64,000 bases of DNA from Perna viridis (taxonomy: Eukaryota): NCBI GenBank assembly GCA_037379345.1, contig CM074518.1, positions 24,428,001 through 24,492,000 on the forward strand, in the 5' to 3' direction. The first letter of the stretch is position 1. Every line of letters starts with the position of its first letter. This document shows, one piece after another, positions 1-13,067 of this stretch. The notes under the pieces were generated by a model. That model saw nothing but the letters and a program-made list of their open reading frames with translations. It did not search any database and was not told the DNA's origin. The position numbers were made by a program, and so were the translations under genes.

Positions 1-572
1 GTAGATATTTATGTTGCTTTAGTTAAAATATATGTTAAAATTAACTTTTAGAAGTTTAAATTAATAACCATGGGTCGTTTTATTTATGCATTCAGGTGGA
101 AAGCGATCTTACCCGACACTACATCTAATCTACTACGTAAAAGCTCATAAAAATAATAATGAAATACATAGCAGTTAAGTCGCTTTATTCAATATATTCA
201 ATTAACCAGTTTTTACTAAGGTTTCACTACTAATCTCTTTATAAATTTAATATTCATACACATGCGATGAACAAGATGGTACATACATCTTATATACAAC
301 AGTTTAATCTCCAAGTAGTAGTATTAGAATGGAAAATAGCAATAAGAGAACGCACCGTGTTTGGGTGTTGTTTTTCTTTTAGAAAAAAAAAACATGCACA
401 GAGTTCTACACTGTCACGCTTTAATGACGGATAATAAATCCTTGAATGTTTAGGGAGTACAGAATGTTAGTGTGACATATACGGTTCATTATGTAGAAAT
501 GGTTCGGGGATTTCATATCTTGTTGCCAATTGCCCGAAAAAGCAAAATATATCAGTATCACTGCTTTAATAG

Positions 573-781
573 TTAGTTCGTTGCAAGTTTGGGTTTTTTA
601 TATATCTTGTTGGCTATGGTCGAACGTGGCACATTAAAATGCCTTGCTGCCTGGTAAGTATTCATCTTTCCTTCTCGAACACAATCGACAGCCCTCTGAA
701 GGTTTTCTTGGCTATACGAATACTTTTGGTAATATCGCCCTGTATTGGTTGGTTTGGTAAAGAACTGCAAGGCTTTGTTTC
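573..781 (-). CDS. Alternative terminal exon psq-8
   Basis: Acceptor atcttgtag|GA, phase 1; YSQENLQRAVDCVREGKMNTYQAARHFNVPRSTIANKI. Confidence 0.88.
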
Positions 782-2593
782 CTACAAGATATAACAGTGT
801 CTGCTCAGTGTTCAGAAACATTTCTTCAATAAAAAGGATGCAACATAAAAATTAAAAATAAGTCCAGAACATGTGAGCAGTACAACAACAAAATAATCCC
901 GCATTACACAATCCGGAAATACATTATGAGATACACTAGCTGGGTCAAGTTAAGTTATGGAAACAAATATTCAAATAAAAATGTGTTTACTGAGCAGCAA
1001 CAAAATCACAATACATTTGTCAAAAGACCGTAGATGTAATAAGTACTTCACGCAGTTCCAGTTCTCTGATCTGCATGATTGCAGAAAATATTGAGTTCGT
1101 TTGAAAAACACTTTGAAAGAGCTTTTTTCTTGTTGCCAGATTTCAAATATATATTCGCAAGAAAGAAAGGAGATCATATCCTTATGCTATGTTCCTTAAA
1201 TGTATAATTGGTTAAGACACGGTTAACTTAAAACATGTTGAAATTTTTATTGACAAAAAAAATGTTTCCAGGTATTACACCTATTTCATACAAAAATTAT
1301 TGCATATACAATGATTCAGAAACCAGATTACAACCAATGAAAATCAGAACTGAGAGTGTCCCAATTTAGGGACATATCCACTAGCAACATAAAACACAGT
1401 TAAAAATACATTACATCTCCCTTTGCTAAAATTCGGCTTCTTGTGCATCAACTTTCTCACAGAAATGCTGCAAAACCTTGACATATTGTTTCATCAAAAG
1501 CCATTAACCGATTAAGGGATAACTTCACAATGAATATGAATGAGTGAACTATGGGGTTCTTATATAAACCTCAACTTAGTTTGGCATGTGTACACTGGTG
1601 ATATATTCTAACATGAAACAAACATTATAAGCGTATTTTGTTTCGCAGATGACGTGGATACAGGCAATGGGTTTTCCAGTCGGATCAACGTTGACTCTGA
1701 TTCATCAGCAAATATTAATTGTTTATATTAATATGCACTAAATATTACAATAGGGTATGTAAGTCTCGTCATGTGACCCCGTGATTTCACGAAATTCAAT
1801 GGGTTTTAATCTACTATTCAAAAGCATAGAGATTTGTCATTTAGAGAGCGATGAGTTCAGTGTTATTGGCAAAAATCTTCCTGTGTAAAAAAAATACCGA
1901 TAAAATGACAAATAACTATTTCCACATGATAAATGTAGTAAGAAAAAAAAACAAACTTAAAGATTTTGCATTGTTATACGTTTCCAGTACCCGGAAGTAA
2001 ACAATAAAATCCAGGTCGGTCTTCGGTTTTCAATATGTTTTACATCGGAAATTCCGGTAAAGAAAATGAAACTAAAACGAGACTTACATACCCTACAGTC
2101 AAATATATTTCAAGTATATTCAATGTTGACATCAGCAAAATACACTTGAGACGTCGGAAATATAATCAACTTGCATTAAAGGTAACAGACGTTGACATTG
2201 ACGTAGTCGAGTGGGCTGCATCGCTTTAATGTTCATTGTAGAAATTATCTACTTTTAACATTTAGTCAAATGCACTAAAAACTTAAAGGTTCATTTTAGT
2301 AAAATTATCTTTAATCGGCAAATGCTGATATTAGTCAAATGACTAAAATTCTGTTCATACTTGACGGCGAACGTGCAAGTCAAATGAACAAATGAACAGC
2401 TCGGTTCAATACTGATATGCTTGTAAGATAAATCAATGCAATGTCGACAATCCACTTTAAGTATAATCATGTGCGTTACTACGATGAAATTGCACGTCAC
2501 TTCCGTTTAATGTAGACGCACATGTAAGCCATGAACACTATACTGTACGTATGCGTACATTAATATTACATTTTTTAATGTATAAGGAATGAT

Positions 2594-2796
2594 TCAGCGT
2601 AAGTGTTGAAGATGCATGTTCTTTCTAACATATATTTTGTTGGAAATGGTCCCTCTAGGAACGTTGAAATATCTAGCAGCTTGATAAGTATTCATAACAC
2701 CAGCCCTTACTGCTTGGACTGCTCTTTGTAGGTTTTCCGGGTCATAGTGGTGTCTCTTTCGGTCTTTCTTTAGCACTGGCTTAGTTTGCAACTGTC
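2594..2796 (-). CDS. Alternative terminal exon psq-7
   Basis: Acceptor acttttcag|GA, phase 1; YDPENLQRAVQAVRAGVMNTYQAARYFNVPRGTISNKI. Confidence 0.88.
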
Positions 2797-3389
2797 CTGA
2801 AAAGTAGTTAAAACTTTTGATATCCAATGTCTTCGTATTACTTTTAGTGTTTATTTTACATAATACATGTAACACGACATTTGAAAGCACCAGTATATAG
2901 AAGTAGCAAGTGTTCAGGTGATAAAAAATGTCTCGGTATAATATCACCATTCGGAACAAACAATGCCGCACTTTTTATCCATTGAAATGGGAAAGTTAAC
3001 AATGTCAGTAACAAACGTATGGATTGTAATATCTAACAGAACAAGTAAACAACAAAACATCCAGTTACACTGAGGCTGTCCTTAGCATTAGAGTGAAAGA
3101 ACGTAATTATTAAGTCGTACGGTTTCTATCAGTAAATGAAAGGGTCGAACTTCAATTTACGGGTGGATCAACCACAGCATGATTTGCAGTCCAATGTATG
3201 ATGCACATCTGCAATTTTCGGGAGAAAATTCATAAAAAATTATCAATCACAACTTTTTAACTGTCAACCCACTTTTCTCCTATCAAATCACTCTACGAAC
3301 TTATAATCGACTTCATTTCATTTAGGGCCTGAAAAGGTTCAACACCGCTAAAATGCAAGTTCAACAAAAACTTCTAAAGCATTTCCATT

Positions 3390-3595
3390 CTATGCATCTA
3401 ATACATTTTCTAACATTGTAAATTTCCTAAATTTCTTCGCCTTCCTGTATACAGTCATCCGAGGAACATTATAAACATCAGCGACGGAGTCTAAGCTTAT
3501 TCGCCCTTCCACGTACGCTTTTACGGCACGGTCCATGTCATAAGAACTGTAGTTTTTGTAACCCTTGCTCCGATCCCCTTTTCTGGTTATTTGGT
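3390..3595 (-). CDS. Alternative terminal exon psq-6 (not in ORF track): DQITRKGDRSKGYKNYSSYDMDRAVKAYVEGRISLDSVADVYNVPRMTVYRKAKKFRKFTMLENVLDA*
   Basis: Hand translation; acceptor ttcattgcag|AC, phase 1; psq HTH pattern. Confidence 0.85.
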
Positions 3596-3772
3596 CTGCA
3601 ATGAACAGAAAAAATATTGAAAGTCGTTTTTAATAAAAATGATAATTTAAGAAAATTCCTGTAACACTTAAGAATTTACAAGAAGTCTTGTTAAGAGTTT
3701 TTGTTAGATTACGGAAGATTCACTCGTTGAATTTCTTCCGAAAACTCTTCTTTTTTTATTCACATACATGTA

Positions 3773-3881
3773 CTAATTAACTGTTCGGCTTGATACGTCG
3801 TAGTATTGGGCAGCTTTATTAGAAGTCATTTTGTCTTCCAACACGACCAAAACCGCTTGTTCTAGAACTTTCCTATCCTGT
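3773..3881 (-). pseudogene. Decayed psq exon (DRKVLEQAVLVVLEDKMTSNKAAQYYDVSSRTVN*)
   Basis: psq-like helix pattern, but the tttcag acceptor read in phase 1 gives DRIGKF* (out of frame with the psq reading), and a TAG falls within the recognition helix. Confidence 0.6.
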
Positions 3882-5699
3882 CTGAAACTATAAGAAATGT
3901 CGTTGAAATGAGTATATAATAAGACCTTGATTCTAAGTGTCAATTTATCAACAACAAAAAACAGTCCATGACATTCAAAGCGCTTTTCTTTCTTAAGTAT
4001 ACATGTACCTACTTGTATGTTATAAAAGTCGTTATACTATTAATTATCTGTAAATTGACATAAATAGAATATTACGACAAAACTCCAAAGGTCAACACGA
4101 ACATTTCCCACAGGATGAACCAACTCTTTCTTTAAAAGAAACAACGCCAAAGTCAAAACACACACTTGCTTGAATGAAAACGCTCAGCTCTAGAAAATTA
4201 CAATGATAGTCTAGCAATACAATGTATATAGCAAATATTTACAGTCAAATATCATTTCAGGGTCGTTCTTAATTGAGAGGTGCACCAACAGCACATGAAA
4301 TTTCTGATGATTGCCCATCTAGTGATGACCTTGCACCTAAATTACAATTTATGATCAAAATATTATAATAAACCGTCATCCAAAACTCGAAATCAACGTC
4401 CATAAAAATGGCAAACCTAATATGAAGCCTTTATCAACATAGACTGTGTCAAGTATATGTAGCAGCAGAGGAAAAAGTCACGAAAAAGGTCTAACAGACA
4501 AGTAGACGGACTATAGGGTAATATAGTTCACCCCTCACTCGAAGACGGAGACCAAGTTCATAGAAATTGTTTGAAGCGTGTTTAACTTACTGTCCGTATG
4601 CATGGAAATCCCCAATTTTCAGAGATTGTCTGACTCTCATAAGTATGCAAGTTAGAAATTCGAAAGGTAACTATAAGACAAAAAAGAGCTTTGGGAGCAC
4701 AGCATGATATGACCGCAGCAAGTTGACCTCTGTTCACTTGAGGGCAAGTGTGGATACAATATTAGTTTTTGACACAATTAAGCATAGGGACAAACAGTTC
4801 AATTAAAGGCGAAAAAGTGTTGCAATGCATGAAAGTGTGCTAATCAAGAACCTTTGACTCTGATCCTTGTAACCAAAAAAGCATAAATCTGATATAAAAA
4901 CTCAGGCAGAAATTTTCACAAGGAATTCATTAAAAACATTTCAAAATCAGACCATATATGAAAAAGAAAATGTTTTGCCCCTTACAACTCGATAATCGTG
5001 AAAGATATCAGAAATCTAATTGAAAAACGCAGGGAAGATTTCGTACCCCTTTAACTCCAAAATGGGTAAACATATGTCTATCGCGTAAACTTAAACATTA
5101 TTTAAAACAAGAACACAGTGACATCTTAATCATTAAAATCGGATCAACTATTGACTTTTTTAGCAATTCTAACGATAACACCTATTTTCCCCCTTTTAAT
5201 GCATCAATTTCAAAGGGGCGGGTCAAAAACCTCTAGAAACTATAGGGCCCTCAGAATTGATCTTATAATGAACATGTCAAGTCTTGATTCCATTTAGCTT
5301 GAATAAACTAAAGTTAACGGACGCCAACGACGACAGTGTATTACGATTATTCCGCCGCAGTTGGTATTGAGTTCGCTTTGACATCATCTGATATCCATGA
5401 TGCTTCACCATGGCAACCTAACAGATGTAGCTTACAACCTCGCATTTCATTGGACAACTGTGTGATTTCAACCGTAAAATGTAAGGCTCTATTGGAGGCA
5501 TTGGTGTCCGGAATATTTTCGATCACTATCATTTATTGAAAAATCTTTTATAAATTGAATATTTGGAAAGAGTTTACTTGTTGAACCAATAAAATAATTA
5601 AAATGCGAATTAGCACAGTGGTCATACAGTCCACCTTATAAATTCTTAATCAGTTTTGTGTATGGAAGTGAGAACATGCGTCGGCTATCTTTTTTAAAG

Positions 5700-5990
5700 A
5701 TAGTACTCGTTCTTTTTTGCGGTCGTATTAAAAATGCTATACCGAGCATCTGAACTGTTGATCAGGTATGTTGAAGTTTCTCCTTAAAATTATATTCGTC
5801 ACTTTTCTCAGCAAATTATCGACATACCAATGGGCACTGACTGTGTCCCTCTTGTAGGCGATTTGTTTCTTTATCCATATCAAACTTCATTTCTTCAAAA
5901 TTTTGGAATGAATTTAGGTAGTGCTTCTAAATTCAAACTATCTTTGATGTTCGGGAAATTTATATTTAATTCATATTTAAGTATAAACTT
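5700..5990 (+). mobile_element. Penelope-like retroelement RT remnant
   Basis: IPMGTDCVPLVGDLFLYPY resembles the GIPMGTNCAPLLADLFLYSYE RT motif; frame broken; boundaries approximate. Confidence 0.55.
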
Positions 5991-6571
5991 CTCAGCTACA
6001 TGTTTCATCATCTGTACAAAGAACACATACACATTTGTTCTGAGTTTAGGGCACACCATGCCACAGACCAACAGTATTATAAACAGCAAAGCATGTATAA
6101 TTTAAGTATTTTTTTATTTAGACTTTGGATTAAGATTCACGCTTTTATAATGACTCAAAAATAGACAAAGAAGTCCCTTTCTAAGTTCTTGCACATCGTC
6201 CACATTATTTCATCAACATGTTCAATTTAAAAAGCAGTCTGAGTCAGATAAGGTTGTCTATTGCAATGAATACAAACATACTACTACCCACTGCTACATT
6301 AGTATATATGTGTGTATATACATCCGCTTAAACCTTTGGCTTTAAATCCATCAAATGAAAATGTTTTTCATTTGTTTCTTGTTTGTTTTATTATCTGTTT
6401 CTGTTTTCTTCTATTCTTTTCTTTTCTTCTTGATTTCGTCATTTTTTGCAGGTTGTGTTTTTGCTGCAAACGAAGTTTCAATACCTTAAATTCAAAACAT
6501 ATCAAAATTATTCAATCGAAGCTTTCCTGTAACTATTATTTCTATCTGGAAAACTCCTTCAAACTGCCAAT

Positions 6572-6810
6572 TTACTGAATTGTTTCCAATTTAACTTCTT
6601 CATGGGTTTTAACGCATACTTTGTTTAACCGTTTCTTCAAACGGTATCTAAGAGTCGGGCGAGGAACACCGAACATATTTGCAGCCTTTAATTCTTTCAT
6701 TTCTCCCGAGGTAACTGCAGCAACTGCTTTCTCTAAAGTTTCTTTGTCATACTTTCTATATCTCCGAGGTCGGTTAGTCTGAGGCATATTCTTTAAATTC
6801 ACTATAATAC
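6572..6810 (-). CDS. Alternative terminal exon psq-5
   Basis: Acceptor ttttttttcag|GT, phase 1; YDKETLEKAVAAVTSGEMKELKAANMFGVPRPTLRYRL. Confidence 0.88.
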
Positions 6811-7910
6811 CTGAAAAAAAACACACATGACATGAAGTCCATGGCAACCTTTCATCCCAAAGAAACACCTTTTATATGTTCAATTCCAGTTTTAGTTTTT
6901 CTCTACCTTTCATACCACATGCATTAGTCAGCTTTTCACACTCAGCTAATGATAAATATCTAGACAAACTAGTGCACCTTGCATATCACCTGAACAAAAC
7001 TAGGCTATGAACGAGCAAGCTACATGCAACTATATACAACGACATACCACCCTAGTTGCCAGCCAATACCATTTCCAAAATATCAAAACACGAAACCATT
7101 CATCACTAGTTCGCAAGGTCCTAGATTTTCACAAAATTGAAGTGAAAAATACAGGATCTAACCAACATTTCCATACAGGTCATTTACTAGGGTTCTTCAT
7201 CTACAAACATTTCACACTCCAAAAACAGTTTCATATATATAACTGAACTGGAAAGATATATTCTAGTATAAAAAAAGAAAACATTCGCACACTAGAAACC
7301 AAATCGACTTTTTAAAATCATAACAACCATTTAGAGAAAACGGCAGATCTCAAAATGTAGTAGTGAACAGAGAGAAAGAAATCTTTTCAAATTTAATAAT
7401 AGTGTTTTTTTTTAACTTCAAAATGGTTAATATACATATTATATACAATGAACATTACAGACCTTCTAAACTGTTCATGTAACTTATATCCAAAATAAAT
7501 GAAAAGTCTGTTCATTGTCAGATCAAATAACTCATTGAGAGAATATTTGTATTCCATATCTAATAATTCAAATCCTACTGGGTTTGAATGAATATACTTA
7601 TATATGTAAGTTCAAGCTGTCCTATATCAAAGTGATGATCATGTAGGTAAACCTAACAAAAAGAACATAAAACCTAGTATTACTGGAATGTGATATTGAG
7701 TGTTCTTCTGTTTCGTTCAACAAAAATTCAATCCATTTCAATTCATCAATACGTTTCTCCCAGCAATCTGATATTTATTCTTTGACCGAAACTTTCCAAA
7801 ATGACTAAACTATCCAGTCGTGAAACACAATAAACGTCGGTATGCCAGTAATATATCGTCATATCCAATCTCTTTTCAGTCAACTCAAAAGCTTGAAATG
7901 TTCTAAGACG

Positions 7911-8107
7911 TCAGTTTTGATTATTCATTGACCGAATCTTCTTTAGTCTACTGAAAATTGTCTGTTGCGGCACTCCATACACTTTAGCTGCCCGACACTG
8001 AGATAATTCTCCTGATAAAACCGCTGCTATTGCTTTCAACAGCGAGTCCTCGTCGTACTTTTTTCGTGTGTTCCATCCGTGTCTTGGTGGAAATACTGGA
8101 CGATAAC
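7911..8107 (-). CDS. Alternative terminal exon psq-4
   Basis: Acceptor aatttcag|GT, phase 1; YDEDSLLKAIAAVLSGELSQCRAAKVYGVPQQTIFSRL. Confidence 0.88.
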
Positions 8108-8540
8108 CTGAAATTACATGATGAATTTTTACTGTTTCCATATTTTGTAGAATCAAGCATATCAAGTGTTTCCAAATATATTATGTTAACACTGACCTGT
8201 TCATTGAACAACGAACCTCAACACAAGCAACTAATACTACGTACTACGTATACTGAATGTAAGAACACTTCAAAATATCTATATCTTTCAACAATTATCT
8301 GACAAATTTGCCAACTTTAAAACTTGGGACAATGGTTCAAAAGTCATTTAAAAATATTGTAATACGACGGACGCATGCAACCAATCGGTGGATGCATATA
8401 TGCTACCAAAGCCTTGTCAAGAAAAGACTGTACTATTTTACTTGAAGGTAATCATCTTGCAATGATTAAGTATACTTCAAAGAAAAAGTAATAGCACTCA
8501 ATTATAAAATCACATCAAACCATTATTTATAGCACACTTA

Positions 8541-8870
8541 ATACCAAAACAACTTCAAACGAACAATTACAGCACTATATACCAAAAACACTACAAAACA
8601 AATATTTGTAGCACTAACTACTAAAACCACTGCAAAACAAATAACTATAGCACTAAATATCAAAACCACTTCATACGAATACTTGTAGCACGAACTACAA
8701 AACCACTTCAAACGAACGATTGTAGCAATAACTACCAAAATCGCTTCAATCGAATATTTGTAGCACCAAGTACCAAAACCACTTCAAACAAAAATTTGTA
8801 GCACTGACTACTATAACCACTTCAAACGAATATTTGTAGCACTAAATACCAAAATATACTTACTTCAAAC
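8541..8870. repeat. Minisatellite, about 39-bp unit, about 8 degenerate copies
   Basis: Recurring (a/c)aaaaccacttcaaacgaatatttgtagcacta..tac unit. Confidence 0.8.
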
Positions 8871-9434
8871 GAGCAGTAATTTTGTAGATATTCAACTTCA
8901 CACAACGTTATGATCAGGATTTTTAATTGATATTGCAATCATTTATAAAGTCTATTCAACTAGGTTGTTTTAACATATTGCAGTGAAGATGACATGTTTA
9001 AATGGAGTAATTCATTTATTCTAAAAGTACATGAATCCAAAGCCCGCCCCAAGATTGCAATCCGAGATAATGCATGATTCCATGGCAATCAAAAAAAGAT
9101 GAGAGTATGGTTCTCCTCTTACAGCAATCATTAACACAAATAAAATCTTTAATACCAAGCACATATATTTTATATATTCAACAAACAAATATATTTTTAT
9201 GCATCACACATGGGAAAAATCAGTCAAGTTTCCGACATCACAATACACTATCAAATGCATACCGGTATCTCATTTTTGACGTAAAAATCAGCTCAACAGC
9301 AGTTCACACTATATTATCACAAGCAATAATCTATTTGACACAATATTTACAAAGATACTAGAGCGCATGACATCTGATTTTTATGTCTTTTAAACCAGTC
9401 TTCGTGCCGAATTTTTTAAAATACCTATGAAACA

Positions 9435-9889
9435 TTAATAAGTAGTTTTCGCCTTGCTTATAGTTTCCTCGACTCCACTAGCGTTGCGATTTTTATCGGT
9501 GATGAACATTTTTAAGTTGGAATGTCCTGCCTCGTTTCCATTTTCACTTTCTTCGCGATGTAAATTTTCGCTTTCGTCATCAATAAGCAAATATACTTGT
9601 TCGTCAGTGTTGCCTTCATAGCTCAAGAAATCCGCGGAGTGTTTCTCTGGTTTAATTTTTTTGTTTGAAACTTCCATCATGTCTAAACTCCTCAGAAACT
9701 TTTCCCGGGCCTTCTTAACGCGATAACTTATCGTCCTTCTGGGTACGCCAAAGGTATTGGAAGCCTGATAAGCATTCATGCTACCGTCTTGGACGGCCTT
9801 CACCGCAGTCGTGAGATCATTTGGACTGTAAGTCTTTTTATTTTTCCCTCGTCTACTCGTCATGGTAGAAAAATTCTTTGTATAACAGT
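9435..9889 (-). CDS. Alternative terminal exon psq-3 with about 80-aa acidic C-terminal tail
   Basis: Acceptor gtctttcag|AC, phase 1; YSPNDLTTAVKAVQDGSMNAYQASNTFGVPRRTISYRV. Confidence 0.88.
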
Positions 9890-10985
9890 CTGAAAGACAT
9901 ACAACATTTAAGTACACGACAATCATGCAAGATCTGTGTTATTGTTTACTAAACACACAAATAACAACATGTATATACTAAACATCGACATAAGCAGATC
10001 TCAAGATGCAATACAAAGTACATTATAAACTAAGCTACAGGTTAAGTTATGAAAGAAATCTAGTTTCTTCGAGATCAACAAACGTGAAGAATTCACCTTA
10101 TTTAATAAAGAAATATTAATCAAGCAGTCAAAATAGTCAAACAAGCTTCGATTCTGAACATTCTTTACCTGATGGCAAAGAATAAACTTTTTTCCAAAAT
10201 ACTACGAAACGGAGTGTATCACATAAAGACAACATCCATGCAAACACCACCAACAACAGACACATGGAGGACACCGATAACCCAACAAAACTACGCTCAT
10301 TATTAACCATCAGATACAAAGGCTTCAAGCATGTCCTGATCTGATTCAACAATGGACCCCCAGAATACATGTACGCAACCAAGATAAAGGCTACAAATAT
10401 TACAGTCTCCAGAAGTCCCGGAATTCCTCGCATGTTTCTTATCAATAATTCTAAGGTTCGGTTTGGTTGAACCATCAAGTTGCATCAGAAGTCAACCCTC
10501 AAATTTCTTAGAGCAATTCTGAAAAAAACTGTTTCAAAGTAAACATTTTACAACATTTAAGATTTTATTTTAAGTAATCTTTCTGTACAGCAATTTTAAA
10601 TTATTTAGAGCTATAATGAACATTAAGCAGTACCTCTTGTTTCTATATAAACTAATTTTCTCATTTTTTTTTAACAAATATTTTAATAATTACTGTAGCA
10701 ACTTAATAGAATATTCTAGCATAGTATTGAACTCTGTTAATAAAAGCGTGACAACATAATAATAATAACATTAAATTCATCGTTATCTAGAAACAACACA
10801 AATGGTTCCAAAAAGGTGCCTCCATACCAGGATGCACAAGCAGATATTGACCTTATCTGAATAAAAAGGTAACGGTAAAAAGCGTAGGTAAATAAGGTAT
10901 GAGGGATTAATGTCATCAAAATCCAACTGTAAGTTTGCAGAATTTAGGGTGTTAATATGTTTAAAGTCCAAATTTCGGTCAAATT

Positions 10986-11170
10986 TCACACGTCGTGCTC
11001 CTTTTTCACGAACTTTTTCACATGAAACAGTAAGGTAGTTTTCGGTACACCAAACATATTTGCAGCTCTTATAAATGTAAACTGATGATTAACAACAGCG
11101 TCTATAGCCCGTTGCATTTGTTCTCGACTATACTGCTTGCGTTTCACCTTCTGTTTCATTGTGTTGGGCC
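10986..11170 (-). CDS. Alternative terminal exon psq-2 (GPNTMKQ...YSREQMQRAIDAVV...AANMFGVPKTTLLFHVKK...)
   Basis: Acceptor atgtttcag|GG, phase 1; psq HTH; own stop. Confidence 0.87.
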
Positions 11171-12099
11171 CTGAAACATAGGTTAAATCGATCAATAATC
11201 TAAAAACTTTACAATTCCAAACTAAAGTAAAAAAAAGAGAAAAGGCTCAAATTTTATACTTCCTTTTTCATTTTTATTTTTTGGTAACATCAGTCGAATG
11301 AATACGTCCTTAAACACCGATATAATGCTATACATTTACTAACAACATATAATGAGGCGAAGTAATATGTATTCCCAACCTCAACTTCCGAAACTCCTAT
11401 GAACAATTAACAAATTGAAATTCAAACTAAGTAGGAATTAAAACACATTTAAACAGTGGCGTGCAATCATATTACCAAGTGATCAACAACCTCTTATCAT
11501 GGAGTTTGTCGATCATTTGTTTAACATTTCAGACAATTACTTTAACCAAAAGAATGGGTTAAAACATGTTTAAATCTACTCAATAACTCGCACCAAAATA
11601 GCAGAGAAGAAAATATTATATAATCAGTATACATGTAATTCAGAAAGTGAGTTTCAAAAGAGAAATCTATACTTTTTATATTTTTAAGCAATGCAAGGTT
11701 CAAAGGTCAATAAAACAAAGGAGCGTTTTGTTTGACTTTCTGGCAAAGTATTTTATTCAAAATAATTCATTACAAAGTACTCTCTCCAAAATGAAGTTCA
11801 GTATTACATGTAAACACATTGAAGATTTTAAATGCTCTTGGTTAACAATATCGACTTGTTCAGTTTACTCTGATTTAAGATTTAGTCAATAAAAATGTCC
11901 GGAGTTGTATTTCTTTGTTCAGAGAACATTCCACTGAAGTTCTTCAGAGTTCAACACTGTACCAAATTCTCATCCACAGGTTCAACTGAAGATGCTTCTC
12001 TAACCGACTTTCTACAACCTTTTCACGGACTTTCGATAGAAACAGGGGATTATAAACTGGACGCTAGTTGTTTAGAACTTACTTGTCGAGGCCAGGTTT

Positions 12100-12850
12100 A
12101 TTTAGTGGAGGTCGTATAACTGCTTCCTTAAATGCCTTCGGAATATACCATTCATGTAATGACTTGATCACTATTTTCTAGAGGTTATTATTGGTGCTAG
12201 GCTGTTTAAACACCGATTAAGTAACGAAGCTGGCAGCGGGTCGAGTTCACTAGATTTCGAACAAGCCTTTGAAATAATCTTCCGAATTTCATCAACAGAC
12301 GTAGGTGTTAAGACATAAAGTACATGACCGTCAAATATAATGTCCGCACAAAAGGCATCACTTCCGTTCGGAGAGGAATCATTTGCACTTGCAGTTGATA
12401 GATTTTTCCTGGTTTCAATCTTATTGAAGTAGAAGTCACCGAACGTATTCGACAGCAGATCTTTGTCACACTCATGAGATGGTAAAACTACGGTCTTCGG
12501 GTTATCCATTCATTTGTTTGTTAAATGGAACACTTTCTTTTGATCACATCTGACTTCCAACATTTTATTTAAAAAATAGTCAAGTCTTGTTTTTCAAAAG
12601 TAGCTTTTGTGTTTCTATCAATTGTTCCTTGTACAGATGTTTATGAACCTCGGACTTCGTCTTCCGCATTATACACTCTGCTTTACGGCGATCTGTTGTA
12701 GTGCTACGAGGCTGGGTTGAGTGCCATTCTGTATTCGTTATCGTTTATATTGAAGTGGAGCATGCTTCTCGATGATTGAACTAAGCACCGAGTTTTACGT
12801 TTAAACTACTTCGTCAAACGAAGCTGTATGGTTCGGCGTGATATTCGAAC
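12100..12850 (-). mobile_element. Non-LTR retrotransposon ORF2 remnant (region between endonuclease and RT)
   Basis: LEKHAP..., PT.VDEIRKII...SKSSELDPLP..LL..CL..LAPIIT typical of CR1/L2-type ORF2; stops and frameshifts. Confidence 0.7.
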
Positions 12851-12885
12851 AACTGATGCCGGTTTCAAAATCGTGTTATGAATTA

Positions 12886-13067
12886 TCACATATTCTTGTT
12901 TTTTGCTTTGGTCTTCGTGACCCAGTCATAAATGGTTGAACGTGGTATTCCAAATTTTTCTGCCGCTTTATATGAACTCAGTTTGCCCTGAATGACCATA
13001 TGGACCGCTTCCATGAGTGTTGCAGAATCGTAATACTGCTTCCTTCTATTAAACCTTGGAAGCAAAT
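12886..13067 (-). CDS. Alternative terminal exon psq-1 (not in ORF track): DLLPRFNRRKQYYDSATLMEAVHMVIQGKLSSYKAAEKFGIPRSTIYDWVTKTKAKNKNM*
   Basis: Hand translation; acceptor atgtttcag|AT, phase 1; psq pattern Y....L..AV..V..G..S..KAA..FGIPRSTI. Confidence 0.88.

Noticed and set aside
8541-8870. CRISPR-like array
   Set aside because: Eukaryotic context; contiguous degenerate units without unique spacers, so a minisatellite
10137-10520. Possible further alternative exon (strong ttttttcag acceptor at about 10519, 113-aa hydrophobic ORF)
   Set aside because: Phase-1 reading stops after ELL; no psq pattern; could be UTR
573-13067. psq ORFs as pogo/Tigger (CENP-B-like) transposase fragments
   Set aside because: None continues into a second HTH or DDE domain, no TIRs were seen, and all share strand, phase-1 acceptors and clean stops
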